From a virus: DNA of 64,000 bases. Below the pieces are notes generated by a model that did no database searches, was not told the DNA's origin, and saw only the letters and a program-made list of their open reading frames with translations. This document shows positions 36,759-46,381 of this stretch, in pieces; the stretch's first letter is position 1, and each line of letters begins with the position of its first letter. A program made the position numbers and the translations under genes. The stretch covers positions 1,137 to 65,136 of the IMG/VR virus record IMGVR_UViG_3300034409_000017; one strand, 5' to 3'.

Positions 36759-36853
36759 TCTCTCCGTTAAAATTCTTTTTACAAAATGCCTTCGTAGCCA
36801 CAGGGCACAAAGCCGTGATCCAGAACTCCTATTTTTTCATTTGCGTTAGACAT
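36745..36853 (-). pseudogene. Probable internally deleted thyX remnant
   Basis: MSNANEKIGVLDHGFV (ThyX-like N-terminus) joined via TTGTG to out-of-frame LCPVATKAF (ThyX-like C-terminus). Confidence 0.6.
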
Positions 36854-36855
36854 AT

Positions 36856-37527
36856 TTAACCCCTTTGTAAGCTCATAAACTCAGCACGGGTGTGATTATT
36901 ATCTTTAAAACTTCCGCCGAGTTTAGAAGTTATAGTAGAAGAACAATGATCCTGAACTCCTCTATGCTTTACGCATAAATGCGAGGCATCAATCAAAACA
37001 GCCACATCAGCTGTGCCAAGAATATAGCACAGCGTTGCGTGTATTTGCTCCGTTAACCTTTCCTGCACCTGTGGTCTTCTACTAAAGAAATCAACAACTC
37101 GATTGATCTTCGACAACCCTACCACTTTTTGATCAGGCAAGTATCCAACGGTGGCATACCCATCAATAGCCACGAAATGGTGCTCACAAAAAGACTTCAC
37201 CGCTATTTTCTTTTCAACTACCACTTCATCGTAATTCATCTTATTATCAATGGTCATCACTCTTGGAAAATTAGCGTAATCTAATCCATTGAATATTTCT
37301 GAAGTAAACATTTTTGCCACCCTTGCTGGGGTTCCCTTCAAAGAATCATCTTCCTGCGTAAGACCTATGCAAGTCATTATCTTTGAAAATAGCTGCTCAA
37401 TCTCTTCTTTTCTTTTACTCTGAGATAGCCATCCAGGTTCCAGATTATTCAACATTGGACTTTCCAATCCTTTATGAAGCAGCATTTTATGTACTTCAAG
37501 TCCCAATTCCCAATCTACATTACTCAT
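36856..37527 (-). CDS. folE: GTP cyclohydrolase I
   Basis: TPARVAKM, SFCEHH, GLSK..R, RRPQVQERLT, HLCV..RG. Confidence 0.97.
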   Translation of the reverse strand: MSNVDWELGLEVHKMLLHKGLESPMLNNLEPGWLSQSKRKEEIEQLFSKIMTCIGLTQEDDSLKGTPARVAKMFTSEIFNGLDYANFPRVMTIDNKMNYDEVVVEKKIAVKSFCEHHFVAIDGYATVGYLPDQKVVGLSKINRVVDFFSRRPQVQERLTEQIHATLCYILGTADVAVLIDASHLCVKHRGVQDHCSSTITSKLGGSFKDNNHTRAEFMSLQRG

Positions 37528-38485
37528 TTTCTAATTCTCCAAAAACATTTATTAGTTTTTCAAATGCCCTACCTTGTACCTTCCAAAATTCAAAATATGG
37601 ATTCAATGGGCGTTCCCTCCATATCTCTCTAAATCCAGAATACACGTATGGATTCTTGTAACTATCGAATCCTCTATAAGATACATAATGCTTAAAATCA
37701 TACCCAAGTTTTTCCCTTGCGTATTTTTCAAATCTGCGAACATTTAGACCATTTACCAGCAGCACCTTATCACTGTCTGCGATCCCCTCTACCGCTTTAT
37801 ATACATATTCTCGGTTATCGGCATTCTCATCAAACGGAAGCAGCAAATCTGAGTGCTCCATTAGGTAGTCTACACTTTCCTGCGTTATGTATTTCCTATC
37901 CATAAATTTCCGCTTCCCAGCCAACTTATCCCGCTTCATTTTCCAATTATCATAATCATATAAATGGTAGGAAAAGCCTTTAGCCATATGAATAAAAGAA
38001 GCAGAGTCAATTGAATCTGGTCTAAAAAATTTAACTATCATTGGATCCCCACCCCCAAAAATATGAGTTTTTAATGGAGAATTGGTTTTAGAAAGATAGT
38101 TATAAATCCAATCTAAAGCAACTACTGCTTTATTTTTCGGAAAACCAACTAAACCTCCCAAAGAAATGGTGCTAATCCCTGCATCAATGGATTGGCTTAC
38201 CACTTCAGGAAATCGGCGGATATTGCTTGAATTTACGTGATACACGTTTGCAATTTTATGCCTTGGTACTGCAGTATGGGAAAAGAAGTAATTAGCATTT
38301 TCTATAGTAGCCTGAGTATCACCAATAACGTCCGGTACACTAATTACCCTAAAATGTTTATGATACTCATCTGTGAATTTGATGTAATCCCCTAAAGGTA
38401 AAAAGTCCCATTTACCGGTAGATACTGAATAAGCTCCACTATCTAAAAAAGCTGGAGCGCATTGCGGTTTTATTGAATCAAGCAT
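37520..38485 (-). CDS. dpdA: DpdA-like TGT-fold DNA transglycosylase
   Basis: FLDSGAYS, DVIGD, VYH, LGGLV, HIFG, SIDSASF; adjacent to folE. Confidence 0.8.
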   Translation of the reverse strand: MLDSIKPQCAPAFLDSGAYSVSTGKWDFLPLGDYIKFTDEYHKHFRVISVPDVIGDTQATIENANYFFSHTAVPRHKIANVYHVNSSNIRRFPEVVSQSIDAGISTISLGGLVGFPKNKAVVALDWIYNYLSKTNSPLKTHIFGGGDPMIVKFFRPDSIDSASFIHMAKGFSYHLYDYDNWKMKRDKLAGKRKFMDRKYITQESVDYLMEHSDLLLPFDENADNREYVYKAVEGIADSDKVLLVNGLNVRRFEKYAREKLGYDFKHYVSYRGFDSYKNPYVYSGFREIWRERPLNPYFEFWKVQGRAFEKLINVFGELENE

Positions 38486-38493
38486 TTGTTTTG

Positions 38494-39456
38494 TTACCTT
38501 GTTTTTGTTAATCCGTGGCCTGCCCTTAATTTTTGGACATATGTCCTAACGGTGACTGGTGAGTGTGGCATGTCCGCAGCTCTTAATTCCTGCAACATCT
38601 CCGCCACCGTAACCACCCCTTTTCCATAATCAAATTTTTGTTGAACAAAGCGAAGGATCCCTGCCTGCTTACGCTTTATTTCAACCCCAGCACGCTTTTT
38701 CTCATTCCAAATTATCGTTCTAATGCTGGAATCTGTGTACTCAAGGTTTTTCTTCTTGAGCTCCTTTTTAATGTCTTTAAATTCATAAATACCGCCTTGT
38801 ATGCATGTTCTAATGCTATCCACAATTCCTAAATTGCGGAATTTCCCATTTTTGGTAATTTGGAGGTTGTTGCGATTCATCTCCTCTCCATACCCAGCTA
38901 ACTTTTTTTGAAGAGAAAACGGGAGTACTTTAAACTCAGCATCGCTCATTTGATTTAAGGTGTAATCCAATACCTGAACAAACGATTCAACGTAGTTGGC
39001 TGGATTGTATTCAATTTCAAACCTCTTGCAAAGGCTTCTAACCTCTGTAGTGAATATTTCTATTTTTTGACCCATCAATAATTCCTCGTAATAAGAAATG
39101 CACAGCATTTCTGGTGAATTTATATCTAATAAAACAAGTTCGTAAGATCCTTCTTCTCCATACTCTTTAGATACTGGTACGGTGTAATCATGAGAATCTC
39201 TACATTTTACAAAATCATCCCAAATTCTTGTTACCTCATCTATACCACGTGAGTTCATAACAGTGTGAACCCACGGTTTGAAGTCTTTTGATTCGTCGTA
39301 AGAATGCCTCTGCTCAAAATAGTGCAAACATAGATTTTGCTGTAGATCCTCTACCTCTACTGCAGATTTGACCTGCTGGGGTAGTTTAGAATAGAGTTTA
39401 AATGCTTTTATTTGTGAATACTGCAACACATAAGCAGTACGCTCTTGCTCTGTCAT
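38494..39456 (-). CDS. Sigma-factor-like protein (region 2) with C-terminal HTH-like repeats (start likely MTEQ)
   Basis: LP..V..AVEVEDLQQ...YDESK.FKPWV.......IDEV resembles sigma region 2; GGAG RBS. Confidence 0.6.
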   Translation of the reverse strand: MTEQERTAYVLQYSQIKAFKLYSKLPQQVKSAVEVEDLQQNLCLHYFEQRHSYDESKDFKPWVHTVMNSRGIDEVTRIWDDFVKCRDSHDYTVPVSKEYGEEGSYELVLLDINSPEMLCISYYEELLMGQKIEIFTTEVRSLCKRFEIEYNPANYVESFVQVLDYTLNQMSDAEFKVLPFSLQKKLAGYGEEMNRNNLQITKNGKFRNLGIVDSIRTCIQGGIYEFKDIKKELKKKNLEYTDSSIRTIIWNEKKRAGVEIKRKQAGILRFVQQKFDYGKGVVTVAEMLQELRAADMPHSPVTVRTYVQKLRAGHGLTKTR

Positions 39457-39496
39457 AAATTCTCCGTTGTTCGGGTTAAAATTAACTACTTTTATA

Positions 39497-39525
39497 TTTA
39501 TAATACACCAGCGGTGAGATATCAA
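39497..39525 (-). promoter_or_regulatory. sigma70-like promoter for sigma-like/dpdA/folE operon
   Basis: Reverse complement TTGATA-17-TATAAA with CACC-gct-GGTG in spacer. Confidence 0.6.
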
Positions 39526-39918
39526 CTAATCTTCACTGCTTTCGAAATCTTTTTTATTGTGATAATCTACATCTCTTTCATAAGCCTCTATTATTGCATT
39601 CTGATCCTTAATAAAAGAAAGAATTTTTTGAAGCCACTGCGAAAAGGTTAAATAATCCTTTTCTGAATAAGCAAAAAATACAAATTTATCTATGTTGCCA
39701 AGCTGTACTTGAGCGTTGAGATTGGCAGCCACTTCTGGAGTTATAACTCGCAGTTTAACCACTGGGGCTGGAACCCCTAAAGGTCGCTGGTACTTCTGTG
39801 CTGGTATTCTAACTTCTTCAGTCTTGATTTCCAGTTTCTCTGGCAAACTGCTGCAAGACATCAGCAATGGCAGAATTAGCCCTACGCTCAATAAGGCTTG
39901 GTTTTTTGATTGCTGCAT
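39526..39918 (-). CDS. o-spanin lipoprotein
   Basis: Signal peptide with lipobox LLMSC, overlaps i-spanin. Confidence 0.8.
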   Translation of the reverse strand: MQQSKNQALLSVGLILPLLMSCSSLPEKLEIKTEEVRIPAQKYQRPLGVPAPVVKLRVITPEVAANLNAQVQLGNIDKFVFFAYSEKDYLTFSQWLQKILSFIKDQNAIIEAYERDVDYHNKKDFESSED

Positions 39919-40273
39919 TATATAATCTCCCTCTGTATGAATTAAATTTCTCGGTTATTTCATTCCGCTTTTTCTCGGATTCTCGTATATCGTTTCGAAG
40001 CTGTTCATTGTTTCTCAGAGAATGCCTTATTTGAGATTCAAAAGAAGTTATAGTATCATTTTGCTTGCTAACAGCTACTTGCAACTTGGCATTATTAGCA
40101 CTTAAAATCGTTACTGATTCTTTCAAATTAGATATATCGGATCTTTGCTTATAAAAAACCCAAGCACAAACAGCAGCAATGAAAAGATATATGATTATTT
40201 TAATCTTTATTCTGCTTAGCATTTGCACTCCTATCATCCCAAACCACTCCGAACACATAATACCCAATAACAC
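39818..40273 (-). CDS. i-spanin
   Basis: N-terminal TM plus coiled coil, downstream of holin. Confidence 0.8.
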   Translation of the reverse strand: MLLGIMCSEWFGMIGVQMLSRIKIKIIIYLFIAAVCAWVFYKQRSDISNLKESVTILSANNAKLQVAVSKQNDTITSFESQIRHSLRNNEQLRNDIRESEKKRNEITEKFNSYRGRLYNAAIKKPSLIERRANSAIADVLQQFARETGNQD

Positions 40274-40478
40274 TCGAACTTAGCCCTATAAGCGCCAAAG
40301 CTATAGATTGGTTAACATTAGAACAAGTACCCCCTTGAAAGATGATATAACTCACTGCCAACGCGCAATACGTTAAAGTGCAATTAACGATTCTCCTGCG
40401 AATCTTCCATCTCAAACTGTTAACTCTTATTTTATCATTTACCATCTTTAAAACCTCGCAAATTGAAAGTGCATCCAA
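40200..40478 (-). CDS. Holin
   Basis: WKIRRR plus 2 TM helices, GYYVFG.VWDD; between endolysin and spanins. Confidence 0.75.
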   Translation of the reverse strand: MDALSICEVLKMVNDKIRVNSLRWKIRRRIVNCTLTYCALAVSYIIFQGGTCSNVNQSIALALIGLSSSVIGYYVFGVVWDDRSANAKQNKD

Positions 40479-41134
40479 TCAAAATTACGACCTCTACCTA
40501 ACGAGACCGCTCCATTGCTTTCTACAATATTCCAAAATTCATTGTACTCGGGCTTTGCCAACTCGGCCTTATCGCTATTCCATTTGAAGCGATTTCTTGC
40601 TGGATCTATATCTACTGCTATCCCCCAGCTGTGCATCGAGTATTTATTGCCCCCCCTCATTTTACGAACATTGTAGCATCCTCCAAAGAGATCAAGCCCA
40701 AGTCTCTTTACCTCGTCCATTCCATAGTGATTAAGGGTCTGCTCAAATATGCCCTGAATATTATCAGCTACCTTCTTGTGGCAGGAAAATTGGTTTATTA
40801 ACTTTGATGGTTCCCACGCAATTCTCATTTTGTATGGAAGCATCACTTTAACTTGATTTCTCCCCATTCTTCCGTAATATTGGGGTACTTGGGATTGAGT
40901 TGGGATGTTATCCTTTTCTGGGCTGGAAATAACGGTATCCCTATCACCAAAAAGCGGCTCAAACAAAGCATCGCACGTTTTCACCCCAGGTTTTCCATCC
41001 ACCAATAAGGGTGGGTTTATCGACTGGAAGCATTTAACTGCTTTGATTGTTTTGGGTCCAAGTACTCCGTCAATGAGTCCTCGGTAAAAACCGAATGATC
41101 TAAGCACCTGTTGAATACGCCTTAAAGTTATCAT
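40448..41134 (-). CDS. Endolysin: peptidoglycan-binding domain plus M15 peptidase (start likely MITLRR)
   Basis: IDGVLGPKT..AVK.FQ, SMHSWGIAVD, DWMHFQ. Confidence 0.92.
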   Translation of the reverse strand: MITLRRIQQVLRSFGFYRGLIDGVLGPKTIKAVKCFQSINPPLLVDGKPGVKTCDALFEPLFGDRDTVISSPEKDNIPTQSQVPQYYGRMGRNQVKVMLPYKMRIAWEPSKLINQFSCHKKVADNIQGIFEQTLNHYGMDEVKRLGLDLFGGCYNVRKMRGGNKYSMHSWGIAVDIDPARNRFKWNSDKAELAKPEYNEFWNIVESNGAVSLGRGRNFDWMHFQFARF

Positions 41135-41147
41135 AATTATCTCCTTT

Positions 41148-44100
41148 TTATTTTGTAAATGTTTGCCCTTTAACCCTATCTGGGGAGTCCCCACCAGCAT
41201 CAAATTCTGCAATGGCACCAAATTGGCTTTCCGTTACATTTATCACCGCCCATCCAGCTTTTCCACCTGCAGAACCAGGATGATTAGTTCCTTGGGAAGG
41301 GAAATCACCAGTTCCACCGTTTTGACCATCTTCGCCATAATCTCCACCGTCTCCGCCTGCGCCTCCGTTGTCTGGCGGAGTTCCAAAACTGTCGGCGTAA
41401 AAATACCTACCACCCTGTCCACCTTCTCCACCTGTGGTGGTTCCAGCGCCACCAGCAGATGGACCAGCCACACCTGAACCATCGGGAGCAAGAGGACCCG
41501 CGGGTGTGCCTGATCCACCTGATCCACCTTTGCTGTTATAGTTTCCAGCGCCGCCTCCGCCTCCGCCTCCAGCAAGATAGTCAATAGTGCGAGTGCTCAG
41601 TCCACCTCCACCACCTCCACCACCTCCACCAAAGAGGTAGCCATTGGAATTCTTGAGGGTTATATCTAAACTAATAAGCAGCGCATCCCCGCCGTCTTTA
41701 CCAACTTCACCATTGTTTCGTCCAGTCTGACCACCGCCTCCGCCTGCACCACCTGCTCCAATTATACTTCCATTGTTGTTAACTTCAATTTTACTAAACT
41801 CATGAAATCCAACTATTCGCAAAGCTGGTGCAGCATTATTTATACTATACACAGTAACCCCAGCTGCGATTGTGAGTTTTAAATCAATTGGATACTCGGG
41901 GAAACCCAGAGCTGAAAAAACATCGTAATTCGCTACATCATTACTTATGGTGAGCTCAACTTCTTTTAAATTATCTGCTGTAATAGGAGGTATATCCACA
42001 TGCACCTCATCCACCTCCTCAACTGCCACTATTTCAACATTTAAATCCTGTAAGGGTTTAATCTCAGCAACCCTTGCTTTAGTTGACCATTCTTCCCCCT
42101 TGCCAAATGCAAAATGAGTTTGCTCACTTTCATCTCCTAAAGCAAATTCAATGCCAGGATCAGAGGATAGCGTAAACTTGTTAATTTCAGCGTGTTTTGT
42201 GGCTTCAAACGGTCCCGACAAAGAGCCATCACGCTTTCTAAAAGCTGCATAATAAGTACCCCCAGAATCCTCAAAAGACAAAGGAATTGAGGTTTCAAAG
42301 GTTAAACCCTCTTTACCGATAATATCCCCCGAGGTTCCCCAAGCTGGCATATCATGACTAATAACAATATCAGAACCATAAGTTGGAATAAATCCTTCCA
42401 ACTCCGTCTGAAATGTGATGGTCTTTCTTCTCAGCCGCTGCGTTTTCAGCAAATAAAGACCTTCCCGCCTTGCTTGGTCTCTACTGGTACATCCAAACAG
42501 CTGTACTTTAGCTACCAATTCAGAGGTACTGTCCTCTTCCTCTATCAGCTCGTTTCGAGGAGTCCAGGTTCTTTCATCGAAATATTCAATCTGTAGCCTG
42601 TCGGTAACCTCTTCAGAGGGCATAACATAACTTACATTAAGCGTATTTTTCAGAATGTTTCGCATTGTAAACATGCCTGATACCACATCTCGTTTTTGGT
42701 CTCTGGATAAAGTGATCACCCCAGCCTTTAGCAGTGGAATAGCCCTACCACAGCGAGCCACGTGAGTTAAGGATTCCCAGATGGAGTGTTTTCGGTCGAA
42801 TACCGCGTTAAAACTATCACCCCTATCCGACCATATTTGATCAAGTTCGTACAGGGTATTAAGGTCGATTTTACTATCCGGTAGCTTTCCACCATAAGAG
42901 GCTTTACAAACATCTACAAAAGCCCAAGAGATTGAGCTTGTTGCTTGTCTTGCTGTCCATCCTCCAGATGGAGACCAAGTCGGAAGTAACCGCTGTGCAA
43001 CGCAATTGATTTTCCTGCTTGATTGGGCACTCAAACTATCAGTGGCTCGTAACTTTACAGCTAAAAGCGTCAAGCCTTCATAATTTGGCTCCGATAACAG
43101 GTAACTGCGAGCTCCTCCCCAATGAACGTTATTGGAAGCTGAGGCGCTATTATCTTTATTATTTGTTCTTTTCCCTCTTACCTCGTGCCTACCAAATGGC
43201 ACTTCAACGCGGTAGCTGATACGCTGTGGATCCACAGTGGACATAGTTATCGTTTTTTCTAATACGGTATGCCATTCGCCAAAAGAAGTGCCTCTATCGT
43301 CTATTCTTCTAACTTGAAACTCAAAAGAAACAGTACTCGAACCGATATTACCATTTGAATCTGTTTTAAATAGCCCACGACTAAGGAAAATGTCAATCTC
43401 GAGATGTGTAGATAAACTTCGTGGTGGAGCCAAAACAAAGGGTCCAACCCAATCGCCCTCATTGTTTGGACCCTCTAATTCCTGACCTGAAACTTCAACT
43501 GAGGAGAGCACATTGCTCTGAAATAAATCAAGCGATTCTCCAGGTAAAACTAATTCAAATTCTACATCCGGAAAATTTTCAATTGGGGTATCTTCGATTT
43601 TTATTGATTCTATGGTGTAATAACCCTGACCAATTACAAACAGCTGCTGCAAAAATTGGTCATTGTCAATGAATTGAGAATAAGGGGTAGAAGCAAAATC
43701 CGGATAGATGAGGTGCTTTCCATACAAAGAAGGTATAGCTGATCCAAGTCTCGCCAAATTTCCCTGTGAAGACAATGAATACGTTGGAGAAGCTGCGGAT
43801 AAACTGTTTAGAGCATCAGAACTTTGAGGTTTTGGTGGAGGCAAAAGTCTATTTATTAAGACACTGCCTGCCACAGTTATCAAGGTGGAACCTACTCCAG
43901 CTGCGGTTGCCCCAGTTAGACCCAAAGCTGTTCCAACTTGAGCTCCATACACATTAGCAACTACCACCAATGCAACAAAAAGTACTACTCGTAAAACCTT
44001 TCCACTATCCCCAGCGTCTCCCTGTGGTAGGGTAAGAAACACTACATTGTCCCCTCTATTGATAGCATTATCCCAATCCTGCCTCAAAACTGGCTTGTTA

Positions 44101-44261
44101 TTTACTACACAAATCGTAGGTCTTGAAAATTCGGACTTTCCAGCAAAATGGATGGCTTGCTTTCTAATAGAAGTACCTTCAGAAATTTCATAACTTTTGA
44201 GGTTATTGCTGTAATCAAATGGATCTGTTACGTGTATTGCTAATGCGTGCATCCTTTCCAC
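41148..44261 (-). CDS. Tail tip/host-specificity protein (gpJ-like) with Gly-rich C-terminus
   Basis: gpI-like N-terminus, IP..YG, FNAVFD, Gly-rich C-terminal domain. Confidence 0.88.
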   Translation of the reverse strand: MERMHALAIHVTDPFDYSNNLKSYEISEGTSIRKQAIHFAGKSEFSRPTICVVNNKPVLRQDWDNAINRGDNVVFLTLPQGDAGDSGKVLRVVLFVALVVVANVYGAQVGTALGLTGATAAGVGSTLITVAGSVLINRLLPPPKPQSSDALNSLSAASPTYSLSSQGNLARLGSAIPSLYGKHLIYPDFASTPYSQFIDNDQFLQQLFVIGQGYYTIESIKIEDTPIENFPDVEFELVLPGESLDLFQSNVLSSVEVSGQELEGPNNEGDWVGPFVLAPPRSLSTHLEIDIFLSRGLFKTDSNGNIGSSTVSFEFQVRRIDDRGTSFGEWHTVLEKTITMSTVDPQRISYRVEVPFGRHEVRGKRTNNKDNSASASNNVHWGGARSYLLSEPNYEGLTLLAVKLRATDSLSAQSSRKINCVAQRLLPTWSPSGGWTARQATSSISWAFVDVCKASYGGKLPDSKIDLNTLYELDQIWSDRGDSFNAVFDRKHSIWESLTHVARCGRAIPLLKAGVITLSRDQKRDVVSGMFTMRNILKNTLNVSYVMPSEEVTDRLQIEYFDERTWTPRNELIEEEDSTSELVAKVQLFGCTSRDQARREGLYLLKTQRLRRKTITFQTELEGFIPTYGSDIVISHDMPAWGTSGDIIGKEGLTFETSIPLSFEDSGGTYYAAFRKRDGSLSGPFEATKHAEINKFTLSSDPGIEFALGDESEQTHFAFGKGEEWSTKARVAEIKPLQDLNVEIVAVEEVDEVHVDIPPITADNLKEVELTISNDVANYDVFSALGFPEYPIDLKLTIAAGVTVYSINNAAPALRIVGFHEFSKIEVNNNGSIIGAGGAGGGGGQTGRNNGEVGKDGGDALLISLDITLKNSNGYLFGGGGGGGGGGLSTRTIDYLAGGGGGGGAGNYNSKGGSGGSGTPAGPLAPDGSGVAGPSAGGAGTTTGGEGGQGGRYFYADSFGTPPDNGGAGGDGGDYGEDGQNGGTGDFPSQGTNHPGSAGGKAGWAVINVTESQFGAIAEFDAGGDSPDRVKGQTFTK

Positions 44262-44668
44262 CTATATATTCGTTGAGAATGCCAGCCAGAAATCCCGAGG
44301 TCTTGTATAGAAGTAAAGATAACCCCAACCTTTCTCACGCAATGAAGAACCCCCGTTAATCCATTCGGTTTTATTACCACTCCAATATGTATCGGCTCTT
44401 TAGAATGACTAAGCAAAATAACATCTCCTTCAGCAGGCTGAAAGGTAACAACCTCCCAATTCTTTAATTCTTCGGAATTTTTAAACATTTCGGATACCGC
44501 TGATCTATCGAACCTATCTACCGCATCCACACCTATTTCTGGGGTTTCTCGCTCGAAATGCACTTTTTGTACATAACGAACCAAGCCCCAACAATCAAAG
44601 GAATCTGGTCCCGATTTTCCAGCAATCCAAGGCTTCCCTTGTAAGGAAACCGCCCAGTGAGAAGTCAT
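44240..44668 (-). CDS. NlpC/P60 tail assembly protein
   Basis: GPDSFDCWGLV, HIGV, VLHC. Confidence 0.9.
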   Translation of the reverse strand: MTSHWAVSLQGKPWIAGKSGPDSFDCWGLVRYVQKVHFERETPEIGVDAVDRFDRSAVSEMFKNSEELKNWEVVTFQPAEGDVILLSHSKEPIHIGVVIKPNGLTGVLHCVRKVGVIFTSIQDLGISGWHSQRIYRWKGCTH

Positions 44669-45210
44669 CGCACTAATCCAGGAAATCTCTCTGAAGTATA
44701 GGTATCGCTGGGAAACGAACGATTCGTAAAGTCTATCTCGAAAGAGGCTTTACCCACCACCTGCATTTCATTTACTTCAACGGAGCGCAAGATAAATTGG
44801 TATGGTGGATTTATCTGTGGTTGGGATAGATCAGACAATAAAAAAGGTCTGTAAATAACGATTATCTTTTCATTGGTATCTTTGCTTCTATCGATATTTT
44901 CACCAATCAACTGGCTAACATTATCAATGGTTATTGTTATTTCTTTTGATGCTCCCTGACTAATCTCAGGTAAAACAATATCAAATGCAAACCTAATAAA
45001 TTTTACCTTTTGCCCAGCGTTTACTGGTGCTGTATCTTCCAAAGTAGCCTCAAGATCCTGATAATCCCTAACAACCCGAATGGGTGTTTGATTGCCTTCT
45101 TCATCTAAAAAGGAAGAATGAACAAACTCCAGCGTTTCAAACAGCACATCATCATCAGAGGTATTAGCGTAAGCCTCTTTTATAGCTTCTGTAAGCTGGC
45201 TGTTTTGCAT
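44665..45210 (-). CDS. Minor tail protein (DUF1833-like)
   Basis: AIKEAYA, TLEF.H, ITIDNV, RFPGL. Confidence 0.85.
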   Translation of the reverse strand: MQNSQLTEAIKEAYANTSDDDVLFETLEFVHSSFLDEEGNQTPIRVVRDYQDLEATLEDTAPVNAGQKVKFIRFAFDIVLPEISQGASKEITITIDNVSQLIGENIDRSKDTNEKIIVIYRPFLLSDLSQPQINPPYQFILRSVEVNEMQVVGKASFEIDFTNRSFPSDTYTSERFPGLVR

Positions 45211-45212
45211 TG

Positions 45213-45323
45213 CTAAGAATCTTCCCTGTCCTCAGGTTTAGTCCTGTGCATTTTTGCCTGTTGTATTGCTTCTTCTTCTGAATCGCAATAGTAAAGAACT
45301 CCATCTATTTCAAAGTATTGCAT
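45213..45323 (-). CDS. 36-aa protein (not in ORF track)
   Basis: AAGGAG RBS; MQYFEIDGVLYYCDSEEEAIQQAKMH... Confidence 0.55.
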   Translation of the reverse strand: MQYFEIDGVLYYCDSEEEAIQQAKMHRTKPEDREDS

Positions 45324-45885
45324 ACACTCTCCTTGTTTGTGTTGGTGGGTCTACTTCTACTCCGAATGTGCCGTAAGTAAGTATACCGGTAAAGGTACTA
45401 TCTGTATTAGAATATCTCACTTCAAATTGGTACACATCAGCAGTCGAAGTTAAGACTAACCTAAAATCAAACTGAGAAGCTGCAACCAAATCTGTCTGCG
45501 TTATGGCGTTACCAGAAACGCGAAGCACCCCCTCATAATAATGATACGCTCCCCCCCAATCCCACACCGTTTGCAGCTGCAGCTTCAAATACGTAGGGTG
45601 GAAGACTGTAGAATACACCTTTACTAAAGGAAGCCAGGCACCGCCCGCCAACAATGTACCACTGTAAAGATTGGGCAGGACTTGTAGAAATCCACCTGGT
45701 GATCCAAGAGCTGGCATTTTTATTCGACGATCAGCAAAGTCAACCTCTTTGATGGCTTTCGCCAAAGTGCGTATGTCACCACCCTCGGTACTAACTACCG
45801 CATCATCAGATCCATGAACAACTTCATGCAACTTGGTACTGTCCGCAATTATCTGGTCAATTGCTGGGGTTAAAGTATCGGTCAT
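45310..45885 (-). CDS. Short tail fibre/receptor-binding-like protein
   Basis: N-terminal LHEVVHG...V.TEGG...TLAKAI anchor typical of tail appendages. Confidence 0.6.
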   Translation of the reverse strand: MTDTLTPAIDQIIADSTKLHEVVHGSDDAVVSTEGGDIRTLAKAIKEVDFADRRIKMPALGSPGGFLQVLPNLYSGTLLAGGAWLPLVKVYSTVFHPTYLKLQLQTVWDWGGAYHYYEGVLRVSGNAITQTDLVAASQFDFRLVLTSTADVYQFEVRYSNTDSTFTGILTYGTFGVEVDPPTQTRRVYAIL

Positions 45886-45886
45886 A

Positions 45887-46381
45887 TTACCATTCTCCTT
45901 CTGATTGAGTTAATGTATCGTGCAAATGAGTATGCAACTTGCTTGATACTGCTTCAATATCAACTTTAGCATACTTAGTCAAAGCAACATACCCATTGAA
46001 AGAAGCCAAAATCCGGTTACGTCTCTCCAATGAAGCGGTTACTTTAAAATCATAAGAACCTATATTTCGAACCTTATAAGGCTCCTCTGGGTTAACAAAT
46101 CGAAAATCTCCATCGACCATCCCTCGTGGAGTGTGGTGCTTCATCTTGAACCATTTTACCCCATCCTCAATATCGTAATTGAAAAAGGCCTCAAAAACTG
46201 AAAGCTCATCAGAACTCATGTCCCAAATCATACTAAATACGTCTGGTGCTGCTCTATGAACACGTCGGTGGCGGGCGGCTCCGGATGACATCTCAGTTCT
46301 CTTCAATCCGGAACGTGGATTAAATTGGTAGCTTTCAGTGCTTGGCAACGGCAAAACCGTTGGAAAAGTAATATCAGTCAT
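45887..46381 (-). CDS. Distal/minor tail protein
   Basis: LPLP...Y...RTEM.SG.AR.RR, FEAFF..G.KWF; follows tape measure. Confidence 0.8.
   Translation of the reverse strand: MTDITFPTVLPLPSTESYQFNPRSGLKRTEMSSGAARHRRVHRAAPDVFSMIWDMSSDELSVFEAFFNYDIEDGVKWFKMKHHTPRGMVDGDFRFVNPEEPYKVRNIGSYDFKVTASLERRNRILASFNGYVALTKYAKVDIEAVSSKLHTHLHDTLTQSEGEW

Noticed and set aside
41243..41760. GC-rich CCACC/CCGCC repeats and the overlapping 113-aa ORF
   Set aside because: Glycine codons of the tail-tip C-terminal domain
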